Positions 15,045 to 23,676 of a stretch of DNA of 24,000 nt are shown here, piece by piece. The notes under the pieces were generated by a model, which was not told the DNA's origin, did not search any database, and was given only the letters and a program-made list of their open reading frames with translations. The position numbers and the translations under genes are program-made. This DNA comes from Candidatus Freyarchaeum deiterrae (GTDB lineage: Archaea; Asgardarchaeota; Jordiarchaeia; Jordiarchaeales; Jordiarchaeaceae), in NCBI GenBank assembly GCA_037305845.1, contig CP147778.1, forward strand, positions 991,069 to 1,015,068, read 5' to 3'. Positions within the stretch are counted from its first letter, which is position 1; each line of letters begins with the position of its first letter.

Positions 15045-15935
15045 TTATGTTGTGGATCTTCTGAAGAGGTATGCTCCTATTAGTACCATGCCTACAAATA
15101 TTAGTGAAAGTATTGCTAAATCGTATAGTAGGGAGCCGCCGACTCCGATAAATGCGAAATCTCCGTAGAGTGGTCCGAACTGTCCACCGAGGAGGCAACT
15201 TCTAACTGCGTCGACGGCGTAGGTCAGAGGATTAAACTGAGCGGCGGTCTGTAGCCAGCCGGGCATGGACGATAAAGATGTGATTGCTGGGCTGACAAAG
15301 AAGAGCGGTAATAGGATCATTTGGATTATTCCGAAAAAGGCTTCAACGTTGGCCATTCTTATTCCTGCTGCTGTGGAGATGCCTGCGAGTCCTAGGGCGA
15401 AGATTACCAAGAAGGGGATGGCTAGAGCTATTCCTATGATTCCCGTGTAAATTTTTACTCCTAGAAGAACAGCTACTGCGATAACCACTACGGCTTGGAT
15501 TAGGCTTCTGATCATTGCCGCTATCATTTTTCCGAGAATTATTGAGGAGCGGGGAATTGGAGCAGCTAACATCTTGGTGAAGAATCCGAACCGCTTATCC
15601 CAGATAACACTAATTCCAGATATGAAAGCTGTGGACATTACGGCGTAGGCGATCATCCCGGTTGCTAAGTAAGTGATGTAGTTGATGTTTACCAGATTGG
15701 ATAGTATGTATTTCGTGATATAGTCGACTGGGAGGAGATTCACGAAAATTTGTAGTATGTTAACTGAGCCTAGGGATAGTGAGCCGCCGGCAAGACTGGC
15801 TATTCCTGAGCTTAGGGCGAATCCGAAGAAGGCTAGCCAAACCACGGGCTGTATGAGTGAGGTTATCACCTGTACTTTTCGTCTGATGAAGTGCTTGAGT
15901 TCTCTTTCGGTTATGTACCATGCTTCTCTTAACAA
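15045..15935 (-). CDS. ABC-2 type transporter permease (paralog 2)
   Basis: 296 aa with 6 hydrophobic segments. The N-terminus MLREAWYITERELKHFIRRKVQVITSLIQPVVWLAFFGF is typical of ABC-2/DrrB-like permeases. TTG start 7-8 nt after GGAGGA. Confidence 0.85.
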   Translation of the reverse strand: MLREAWYITERELKHFIRRKVQVITSLIQPVVWLAFFGFALSSGIASLAGGSLSLGSVNILQIFVNLLPVDYITKYILSNLVNINYITYLATGMIAYAVMSTAFISGISVIWDKRFGFFTKMLAAPIPRSSIILGKMIAAMIRSLIQAVVVIAVAVLLGVKIYTGIIGIALAIPFLVIFALGLAGISTAAGIRMANVEAFFGIIQMILLPLFFVSPAITSLSSMPGWLQTAAQFNPLTYAVDAVRSCLLGGQFGPLYGDFAFIGVGGSLLYDLAILSLIFVGMVLIGAYLFRRSTT

Positions 15936-16012
15936 TCACTTTTCCTCCAATAAACCATGTTGGTTCTGTAATTCGTCTTATCCAGGATTAGCTTTTTATC
16001 GAGATTCCATTT

Positions 16013-16915
16013 TTATTTTAGTGCCCGTCTAAATACGGTCACCCCTATCGAAACCATGATAACTATGAATAAGCCTAATACGGCAGCGTCTACCAGAAGG
16101 TTTCCTAAGATTCCCATGAAGGCGTAGTCACCGCCTAGTTGTCCGAACGTTCCGCCGGCGAGCGACAATCTTACGGCATCAACGGCGTATGTTAGAGGAT
16201 TACCAGAAGCCACCCCTTGGAGCCATCCGGGCATAATCGCCACAGGAATTAAGGCTCCTGAAGCGAAGAACAGCGGCAGCAGTACTAGCGCTATGACGCC
16301 GAAAAATTCTTCATGCTCCGCCATCTTGATTCCGACGGCGGTGGACATGCCTGAAAACCCTAAGGCGAAGAGTGCCAGGAAGGGTACTACCAATATTATT
16401 CCTATGATTCCAGTATTTGTTTTTGCGCCTAAAAGTAGTGCTAAAGCTACGACGATGAGTCCCTGTATCATCGCTCTAATTGTTGCCGAGAGCATTTTTC
16501 CTAACATTATGGAGCTTCTCGGAATTGGGGAAACGAGCAGTTTGTTGAGGAACCCGAATCTTCTATCCCAGACTATAGAAACTCCCGCAAACATTGCGGT
16601 GAACATGGAAGTCATCGCCACAATGCCCGGAGCGAGGAAAGAGACGTAACTCATGCTTGTCAAATTTAGAAGAATGTAGCTAGTTATGGGTTCCAAATTT
16701 AGTGATAAAATTATAAAAGTAAGCGTCGTAGGAACACCTTGCACACCTGTTAGACCCAAACTACTCAGATTAAATCCAGGCAATCCGCCACTAAGCGAGT
16801 AACCGAACAGTGCTAACCATATCACCGGTTGCACCAGTGAAGTGATCACCTGAACCCTTTGCCTGTAGAAGTGCCTAAGTTCTCTTGTCGCTACGTACCA
16901 CGCTTCACTCAGCAT
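16013..16915 (-). CDS. ABC-2 type transporter permease (paralog 1)
   Basis: 300 aa, clearly paralogous to 15045..15935 (MLSEAWYVATRELRHFYRQRVQVITSLVQPVIWLALFGY; shared ...NPLTYAVDAVR...). Its ATG lies 1 nt after the ATPase stop. Confidence 0.85.
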   Translation of the reverse strand: MLSEAWYVATRELRHFYRQRVQVITSLVQPVIWLALFGYSLSGGLPGFNLSSLGLTGVQGVPTTLTFIILSLNLEPITSYILLNLTSMSYVSFLAPGIVAMTSMFTAMFAGVSIVWDRRFGFLNKLLVSPIPRSSIMLGKMLSATIRAMIQGLIVVALALLLGAKTNTGIIGIILVVPFLALFALGFSGMSTAVGIKMAEHEEFFGVIALVLLPLFFASGALIPVAIMPGWLQGVASGNPLTYAVDAVRLSLAGGTFGQLGGDYAFMGILGNLLVDAAVLGLFIVIMVSIGVTVFRRALK

Positions 16916-16916
16916 T

Positions 16917-17909
16917 CTATTTCCGCCTTCTCTGCATTAACATTCTATTCTTCATTAACTCTAAAGCATCGGTTTTTTCCGCTCTTAGGCTTCTTCCAGT
17001 GACTTTGACGAACACATCGTCAAGGGTTGGTCGGTTAAGGGAGATATTATCTATGTTAACACCAGTTTTATTGGCTTCCTCAAAAAGTTTAGGTATCGCG
17101 GTTTCGCCATTCTTAACCGTTACTCGTAGTCCACCCTCTTGCGGTAATACTTCGGAAACAAATTCCAGTTCCTTAACGTGATTCAGAAAAGCTTCACTAT
17201 CATTCGTGTGAACCGTGACTATGTCGCCGCCTAGCATTCCCTTAAGTTCGTTGGGAGTGCCCATGTTCACAATTTTTCCGTAATCAATTATTGCGATGCG
17301 GTTGCACAGTTTATCCGCCTCATCCATGTAGTGGGTAGTCATAAAAATCGTTATTCCCTGCTCATTTAGACTTTTAACATAATTCCAGATGCTGACTCTG
17401 CTTGATGGGTCAAGCCCAATTGTCGGCTCATCGAGGAATAGTATGTCTGGTCTGTGCATTAGTCCTTCGGCTATTTCTAGTCTGCGGCGCATTCCCCCCG
17501 AGAAGGTTTTGACTAGGGAGTTTTTCCAATCAGTTAATTCTACTACACTCAAAAGTTCTGGTATTCTTTCTTTTATGAGCTTTTTTGGCATGTGGTAGAG
17601 TTTGCCGTGTAAATCCATGTTTTCTCTTGCGGTTAGGTCGTCGTCCACGCTTATGTCTTGTGGAACTAGACCAATTTTTTTCCTCACTTCGTCTGGTTGT
17701 TTTTTTACGTCTATTCCTGCTACTTTGGCTTCGCCTTCCGTTATTTGGGTTAGTGTGCATAACATGTGTACAGTGGTTGTTTTTCCGGCTCCGTTGGGAC
17801 CTAGGAATCCGAATATTTCTCCTTTTTCCACTTCGAAGTTTATGTGGTCTACTGCAGTATATTTTCCGCCGAAAACCTTTGTTAGGTTGTTTGTTTCCAC
17901 TATGGACAT
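16917..17909 (-). CDS. ABC transporter ATP-binding protein (DrrA/ABC-2 exporter type)
   Basis: 330 aa with Walker A GPNGAGKTT, Q-loop, signature FSGGMRRRL, Walker B ILFLDEPTIGLD and an H-loop (TTHYMDEA). Confidence 0.9.
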   Translation of the reverse strand: MSIVETNNLTKVFGGKYTAVDHINFEVEKGEIFGFLGPNGAGKTTTVHMLCTLTQITEGEAKVAGIDVKKQPDEVRKKIGLVPQDISVDDDLTARENMDLHGKLYHMPKKLIKERIPELLSVVELTDWKNSLVKTFSGGMRRRLEIAEGLMHRPDILFLDEPTIGLDPSSRVSIWNYVKSLNEQGITIFMTTHYMDEADKLCNRIAIIDYGKIVNMGTPNELKGMLGGDIVTVHTNDSEAFLNHVKELEFVSEVLPQEGGLRVTVKNGETAIPKLFEEANKTGVNIDNISLNRPTLDDVFVKVTGRSLRAEKTDALELMKNRMLMQRRRK

Positions 17910-17940
17910 TACGGGACACCGCCTATAACGGGCATTAGGG

Positions 17941-17948
17941 TATATATA
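17941..17948 (-). promoter_or_regulatory. TATA-box candidate for the ABC operon
   Basis: tatatata at 17941-17948 lies about 32-40 nt upstream of the ATG at 17909. GGCGGTG between them could serve as SD. Pattern only. Confidence 0.35.
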
Positions 17949-18473
17949 TTGACTAAGTATTAATGCGAATTATTTGAATCTGTTCCACTGATATTTCGGT
18001 GCTTGTCAATTTTTATTTTCAATATTCTTATTGGGGCTTGTTTGTTTTTCTTTTTCTTAGCTTGCGGAATTCATTTTTTATTGATGTTGGGTTTACAATT
18101 AAAGAACATTAATTTTTTAATAATAGATTGATTTTCTCCTAACTAAAAGGGTCTTTTTCTCTCTTGTTGGGCTCTTCCCAGATGGGGATTTAGATAGAGT
18201 TAGAGTTATTAGTGTTGTAGCTAGTCTTCGGAATACGTATTTAGCCAGACAGGTTTGAAGTATTGTACCGTTGGGCTTCTTATGCCGTTAGAAAGAATTT
18301 AAAAAGCTTATCTCCTACTTTTTCATTATTCAAAATGAGTGCCTTCAGGTTATGGCTTGGAGTAATAGTTAAACGAAAGCTACGCGTTATGGGCCTAAAT
18401 AATTCAAGGCGTGAAAATGAGTTTATTAAATCAGCAGTTTTGAATTTAAACAGTGCGTGTTAGAGGAATTATA

Positions 18474-19547
18474 ATGGATATTCAAACTATTCTGTATATT
18501 ATTTGGCTTGCTACTTCTTTTGGGTTTTGCGCATTTTGCATTTTCCAGAGGAATATGATGATATACTCCGAGCTTCGAAGAATAAGAAGACGTGTTAAAG
18601 CGGTTTCTAAAATGATTAAGGAAACCAGAACTATGTTGACGTCGTTGTTTGATGATAAGTTGACTGAGGAGAAGAGGTTTGAGGGTTATGATAAGGTTAT
18701 GGATTACTTTGTAATTGCACCTATTGAAACTGATCCATCAGGTGTGATGAACCGCCTTGAATATCTTCTTGATACTGGTGACGAGACTCTGGAAAAATTA
18801 GTTCAGCCTTTATCTCCTGATGGGGATTTGGAAAGAATGGAGAATCTTAAGCAGATGTTTAAGGAGGCAATAATTCTTAATAGAATTTACAAAATGTTGA
18901 GGGAATTGTATATCTCCAGTAAAAAGTCCCGAAGCCTTGAAACAGTGATGCAATCAACAATGAATCTTTCAACGTTTATTCGAGATGCAAAGATTCGTTT
19001 TAAAGCTGTAAAGGCTTATGTAGACCCTCAACCTATTGGTAATGGTATCGCCCCCTTGGTAGCGTCGAAACTTATAGAGGATTCACCTTTCGAGGTTGAA
19101 GATGGGGTGGTTATTTCTGAGAGGAAGTATAAGGATAGGGATCTTGTAATAATTAAGCCTAAAGGTCCTGGAGCCCGGATGAGAAAATTGGGTAGAGTAG
19201 CCGAAACCAAAATAAGGAAGGAGAAAGAGATAGCGGGGGTAGCGGTTGTTACTGCGCAGGTTAAACTTGAGGGAGAGAAAACGGCTATTATTGTACCCGC
19301 AACTGGTGTTTCTTTCATCTCAGAACCGGATAAGTTCAGACTTGAAGAACTAGCGTCAGAGAGAAAAATTCCTTTAATATCAATTATTGTGAAAATGTCT
19401 GAAGAAGAGTATTACACAAAGATGAGCGATGAAATCCGCGATGCAGCGCCTAAAGTAATCGAAAAGTTTGAGGATGAAATAGAGCAATGGGGCAAAGGAA
19501 AAGTAATCGTAATTGGTTCAGGGAACACGATGTCCATAGAGCCGTAA
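18474..19547 (+). CDS. DUF1512-like archaeal protein with an N-terminal TM helix; function unknown
   Basis: The track ORF starts at GTG 18453. ATG 18474 behind AGAGGA gives MDIQTILYIIWLATSFGFCAFCIF (TM helix). The ~360-aa size and blocks PIGNGIAPLVASKL, KPKGPGARMRKLGR, VKLEGE and VIGSGNT fit my recollection of the archaea-only DUF1512 family. Not verified by search. Confidence 0.55.
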   Translation: MDIQTILYIIWLATSFGFCAFCIFQRNMMIYSELRRIRRRVKAVSKMIKETRTMLTSLFDDKLTEEKRFEGYDKVMDYFVIAPIETDPSGVMNRLEYLLDTGDETLEKLVQPLSPDGDLERMENLKQMFKEAIILNRIYKMLRELYISSKKSRSLETVMQSTMNLSTFIRDAKIRFKAVKAYVDPQPIGNGIAPLVASKLIEDSPFEVEDGVVISERKYKDRDLVIIKPKGPGARMRKLGRVAETKIRKEKEIAGVAVVTAQVKLEGEKTAIIVPATGVSFISEPDKFRLEELASERKIPLISIIVKMSEEEYYTKMSDEIRDAAPKVIEKFEDEIEQWGKGKVIVIGSGNTMSIEP

Positions 19548-19594
19548 CTCCAATCAAATGAGGGAATCAGAAGAGAGGTATTCCAGTTTAGAAG

Positions 19595-20215
19595 TTATTC
19601 TATTACCGCGTGTCTTTCTTTAAGAGTCTTCTCGTCAGTCCCTGTTTTTTCCATTAGTTCAGTTATCAAACCATCTAGAAATGCTAACACCGTAGATTCA
19701 AACAGTGTGCCTAAAGGAGTCAGCGGGAAGTGCTCTCCTTTGATTTGACGCTGTATGTAATCATTTTGTTCTGTTATCTTTGTTCTGCCCCTAATCTCTA
19801 CCACAAGGTCAGCTAACTCGGCTAGAGGTGAATCAGGGTAAGATGTAATAACAACCAGAGTTGCGTCCACATCTTGTTTGGCGATGCGGGAACTCTCAAC
19901 TACGAGCTTTGTTCTTCCAGAACCGCTAATTGCTATTAGTATATCCTTTTTTGTAACGGCAGGAGTTATGGTTTCTCCTACGACGAAAACCTCAAATCCG
20001 AGGTGCATAAGCCGCATAGCGAACGCTCTAACCACCAGCCCAGAGCGGCCGGCCCCCACAACGAAGATTCTCTTGTTAGATTTTAATCCGTTAATTAAGA
20101 GTTCAACTAGTTGGTCTACCTCATTATCATCTATTATTTCAACAGTATTCTGTATATTTCCACTGATCTCCAACATCGCTTGTTTTAAGGTTCTATGCTT
20201 TTCCAAAGCGCACAC
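19595..20215 (-). CDS. hxlB: 6-phospho-3-hexuloisomerase (SIS domain; RuMP pathway)
   Basis: 206 aa. RIFVVGAGRSGLVVRAFAMRLMHLGFEVFVVGETITPAVTKKDILIAISGSGRT closely parallels archaeal PHI such as MJ1247. GTG start at 20215; an alternative ATG lies at 20176. Confidence 0.85.
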   Translation of the reverse strand: MCALEKHRTLKQAMLEISGNIQNTVEIIDDNEVDQLVELLINGLKSNKRIFVVGAGRSGLVVRAFAMRLMHLGFEVFVVGETITPAVTKKDILIAISGSGRTKLVVESSRIAKQDVDATLVVITSYPDSPLAELADLVVEIRGRTKITEQNDYIQRQIKGEHFPLTPLGTLFESTVLAFLDGLITELMEKTGTDEKTLKERHAVIE

Positions 20216-20582
20216 CTGATTCTTAATACTTGCTCAATTTTCTCATTTAAGGTGACCACATATTTATACCCTACGTTCTAGCTTCATGCTTATATACTAA
20301 ATGTTTTCTCTTTAAAATAAACATGAAAGTGTATAGATTAAGTTGTTAAACAGTAAATTTAACTTTTTGCTAGACCAATTTTTTAATGAATAACCAAGAG
20401 AATGTAACCAGCCTCAAAACACGTCCAGAACTCGTCGCTCCGCGAGTACATTCACCAGGAATTCAGAGATTAATGGAGCCTCTTGTGGATAGCGAGGTTT
20501 AGTTGACCGAAATTTATATTATGTTTTTATAATTGTTGTTTTCTGATTGTTTCGTTTCATTGTGTTGCAGGAGGTAAACTGT

Positions 20583-21059
20583 TTGACGGTTAAAAGGCAG
20601 AAAAGCAGGTTTTTCGAAGCGGATATTTGGTGGCAACATCAACTAAATTTTAAAGCTGAACTAGACGGTTTGCATAAGGCGGAGATAGATGAACTGGAGC
20701 CTAATGGAACAGATCTGGCTCCGAATCCCGCTGATTATTTGCTTCTCGCTGTAGGTGGTTGTCTTGCATCATCATTTATGTTTTCAGTAAGCAAATTCGA
20801 TTTGAATCTGAAAAGGATGCACGCTAAAGTGAGAGGGAAGTATACGAGAGTTAATGAGCGTATAAGAGTTGAGAGGGTGGATGTAGTTTTGGAGGTTGAC
20901 CCAGCAACGGAAAAAGACCTTCAAGAAATCAAAGAATGGTGTATGGGGGTATTTCGTAATTTTTGTGTTGTATCAGAATCGATAAGAAAAGGTTTACCGA
21001 TAGGTGTAACTTTAAAAATGGGTAACAGTGAATTTGAAATTCCCCCACCAGAGGAATAA
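20583..21059 (+). CDS. OsmC/Ohr-family protein (putative peroxiredoxin/redox protein)
   Basis: NPADYLLLAVGGCLASSF plus a C-terminal CVVSESI pattern (two conserved Cys) are typical of OsmC-like proteins. The track ORF starts at 20547. TTG at 20583 sits 7 nt after GGAGGT (20570-20575) and is my preferred start. Confidence 0.7.
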   Translation: MTVKRQKSRFFEADIWWQHQLNFKAELDGLHKAEIDELEPNGTDLAPNPADYLLLAVGGCLASSFMFSVSKFDLNLKRMHAKVRGKYTRVNERIRVERVDVVLEVDPATEKDLQEIKEWCMGVFRNFCVVSESIRKGLPIGVTLKMGNSEFEIPPPEE

Positions 21060-21104
21060 AATTACAGTTATTGATTGTGAATTATCTCGAGTTTTGAACC
21101 TAAA

Positions 21105-21482
21105 TTAATTGCCTTTTATTTCCATTATTATTTCTCTGTAAAGCTTCTTCAATTTTTTACACTTGTTTTTTATTTCCTTTTTCGTGACAGTATGACTCTC
21201 TGGGCATTCTTTATCGGTGATACAACTTTTCGCATCGAAGTTCAGTATGATAGGATAAAAAACACATCCTTCTGGACGCGAGGGGTACACTATGCACTCA
21301 TTTTTGAAAAAAAAGCACTTGCCTTCTATGTTTCTGAGTTGATGAAATCCCTCTGGAGTGGTTACCATAAATTCTTTGCGGTCGTATCCCAAAGCCTCAA
21401 TCCTAGCAATATCCTTTGAGGACAGAAGCATTTCGGTGTTTTGACAACATAAACCGCATCGACTGCACTTCAATTTTACCAC
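21105..21482 (-). CDS. YkgJ/UPF0153-family cysteine-cluster protein (second paralog)
   Basis: 125 aa with CSRCGLCC (CxxCxxCC) at the N-terminus and GKCFFF...CIVYPSRPEGCVFYP downstream, the same architecture as 806..1429 but without the C-terminal extension. Confidence 0.75.
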   Translation of the reverse strand: MVKLKCSRCGLCCQNTEMLLSSKDIARIEALGYDRKEFMVTTPEGFHQLRNIEGKCFFFKNECIVYPSRPEGCVFYPIILNFDAKSCITDKECPESHTVTKKEIKNKCKKLKKLYREIIMEIKGN

Positions 21483-21583
21483 TTCATTCCTCTAAAAGAA
21501 GATAGACATAAAATAAATAGTTACAATTTTTTTAAAAATTCAGAGGTGTTGTTGAAAGTGTTTTTGGTAATTATTTTTCATTT

Positions 21584-22555
21584 TTAAATTCGACCGTATT
21601 TCTTGACTAGCCATCTGACATATTTTCTTATCGCTTCGTCTATTCGTATTGTGGGTTTCCATCCCTGGTTTTTGAGTTTGGATATGTCAAGTAACATGAG
21701 GGATACATCGCCGGTCCATCCCTGCTCACCACCGGTATAAGTAAGTTCAACATCTTGAAGTTTTAACTCGTTTATCACTAGTTTTGAAATGTAGTTTACG
21801 GTTACCCACTCCTCAGACCCTATATTGAAAATATTGAATCCTTTCTCGGATTTCTCCGAGACATACAGTGAAGCGTTTATACAGTCTGAGACATCCATGT
21901 AGGATTTTCTCTGGTTTCCGTCACCTAGTATTTGAAGGCTTTTATGCTCCTTCTTGAGTTTTTGGTAAAAGTCGAAAATTACTCCATGTAAACTCCTAGC
22001 TCCTATTATGTTCGCGTATCGTAGGACCACTCCGCAAAGCCCATAACACGCACAGTAGGCAGAAATATAGGCCTCTGAAGAAGCCTTTGAAGCTCCATAC
22101 GGACTTATAGGCTGGGAGGGATAGGTTTCAGGAGTGGGGAGTGTCTCAGCTAATCCGTAGAGGGTTCCACCGCTGGAGGCTAAAACTATGTTTGAAATAT
22201 CTTTTTTTCGCATAGCTTCTAGTACATTGACCATTCCATTAACGTTGACATCAAAATCATACATAGGATCTGAAACGCTTCTCCGAATATCATACTGAGC
22301 TGCGAAGTGGAAAACCACGCTTATATCTTCAAGGCAGCTTTCAACGGTTTCAAAATCTCTAACGTCTCCTTTAACGAATTCAATTTGGCCTTTATCCAAA
22401 TAATCTTGGATATACTCTGTGGTCGAGTTTGAAAGATCATCTAGAATTGTTACTTTGCAGCCCTTTTCGACCAAGTTGTCAACTAGATGGCTTCCTATAA
22501 AGCCCGTTCCACCAGTTACTAAAGCTTTTTCACCCTTTATTTTCAAAAACTTCAT
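21584..22555 (-). CDS. NAD-dependent epimerase/dehydratase (extended SDR, UDP-glucose 4-epimerase-like)
   Basis: 323 aa with a Rossmann motif VTGGTGFIGSHLV, the catalytic YGASK, and the ASSGGTLYG pattern. Confidence 0.85.
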   Translation of the reverse strand: MKFLKIKGEKALVTGGTGFIGSHLVDNLVEKGCKVTILDDLSNSTTEYIQDYLDKGQIEFVKGDVRDFETVESCLEDISVVFHFAAQYDIRRSVSDPMYDFDVNVNGMVNVLEAMRKKDISNIVLASSGGTLYGLAETLPTPETYPSQPISPYGASKASSEAYISAYCACYGLCGVVLRYANIIGARSLHGVIFDFYQKLKKEHKSLQILGDGNQRKSYMDVSDCINASLYVSEKSEKGFNIFNIGSEEWVTVNYISKLVINELKLQDVELTYTGGEQGWTGDVSLMLLDISKLKNQGWKPTIRIDEAIRKYVRWLVKKYGRI

Positions 22556-22959
22556 CTCACAAACTCTGTAACTTGGTAATGGAGTATTGTTCTATTTTTG
22601 AGGAGAATAATTAAAAAACCTTCCCTTCCAATTTCAAATGATAAAAAATAGGCCAAAAATGGAGAACTAATCGAGCATTTTACGCGTCTTCATAGTCGAT
22701 GTTATTTTACAATATTGAGAGAAATAAGGGGAAAAAGTGAAGGTTTAATGGACTAATTTACACAAAAATCGTAATTATTATATAGAAATATTTTAAAGTA
22801 TTAGAAGAGGAGTTATTACTAGATAATATGAAAATTTTTCGGAATATTTAATATTAATGGGGAAAGCTCCGAAAAATTCACTCAACCAAAATGAATTTAC
22901 TAAAAAATTTGTAAAAAAAATCTTGAAAAGAAATTGGTAAATTTCTGAAGGTGATATGA

Positions 22960-23496
22960 TTGGGTCTTTTGGATTATAAAAGCTATATAATCGATCGAAA
23001 GATGTCTCTAATATTGGACAACTTTTCTATCATGAACGATTCAAACGAAGAGATAGGAGCAGTTGAAAGTAAATTAATCTCACTTAATGGAGAATTCAAA
23101 ATCTTGGACAAAGCAGGGAAAGTTGTAGGAAAAATTAAAGGAAAGCTTTCGCTAAGACCAGCCTTTAACATTTATGATGAAAAAAACAGCCTTATAGCAA
23201 TAGCAAAGAGAAAGATAGTTGACTCAGGAGGAAGCGAATACTGGGTTGAAAATCAGGAAGGACAAAAAATTCTTGAAGCAACACCAGACTTCTCCGGGCA
23301 AGAATATCAAATAAAAAACCCTGAAGGAGAATTAATTGCTGATATTTCCGAAAAAATATCCAACCTCAATGATGCATACATAATAAATATACACAACCAT
23401 ATTGACCCACTAATTATACTTGCCCTCACAATTTCCATCGACTGCTATGAAAACAAGAAAAACCAATTAGAACTAATTACTGGCTTTGAAGATTAA
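22960..23496 (+). CDS. LURP-one-related / Tubby C-terminal-like (DUF567-type) protein
   Basis: 178 aa with a repeating beta-hairpin pattern (YIIDRKMSLILDNFSIMNDSNEEIGAVESKLISLNGEFKILDKAGKVVGKIKGKLSLRPAFNIYDEKNSLIAIAKRK...) resembling bacterial YxjI / plant LOR proteins. TTG start behind GAAGGTGA. Confidence 0.55.
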   Translation: MGLLDYKSYIIDRKMSLILDNFSIMNDSNEEIGAVESKLISLNGEFKILDKAGKVVGKIKGKLSLRPAFNIYDEKNSLIAIAKRKIVDSGGSEYWVENQEGQKILEATPDFSGQEYQIKNPEGELIADISEKISNLNDAYIINIHNHIDPLIILALTISIDCYENKKNQLELITGFED

Positions 23497-23628
23497 ATAA
23501 AGTAACCGAGAAAGCCAAAAAGGCAATAATTACCCAAAAAAACAAAAAAACTATTTTTCAACCTTCAAAAAATTAACGACCCAAAAATGTAAGGGTGGGA
23601 ATCACCAGCATCGAAAAATTGAAGGATT

Positions 23629-23676
23629 GAAGGGAATTACACGGGGACCCGCACTGGCGCCCGCATAATTCCCTTT
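23629..23676. other. Strong GC-rich hairpin inside a GC-rich island of an otherwise AT-rich intergenic region
   Basis: gaagggaatta (23629-23639) pairs with taattcccttt (23666-23676): 10 Watson-Crick pairs plus 1 G-U. Inner cggg (23642-23645) pairs with cccg (23660-23663). The loop contains the direct repeat cccgca. Strand and function are unknown. Confidence 0.3.

Noticed and set aside
17530-17938. Four of six reading frames are open simultaneously. These include a very basic 129-aa same-strand overlapping ORF starting 10 nt upstream of the ABC ATPase start, plus two antisense ORFs of 117 and 108 aa.
   Set aside because: The coding strand here is strongly T-poor (A/C/G-rich codons for K, E, N, T, P, G). 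Stop codons are therefore depleted in every frame of both strands. The Arg/Lys-rich product is what a frame-shifted reading of such sequence yields. Nothing suggests a real overlapping gene.
20400-20453. 7-bp stem gaatgta/tacattc enclosing a small ctcg/cgag hairpin in a slightly GC-richer patch upstream of the OsmC-like gene
   Set aside because: The stems are short with large unpaired regions, and I found no recognisable RNA family motif. It lies within a divergent promoter region, so I treat it as a weak curiosity only.
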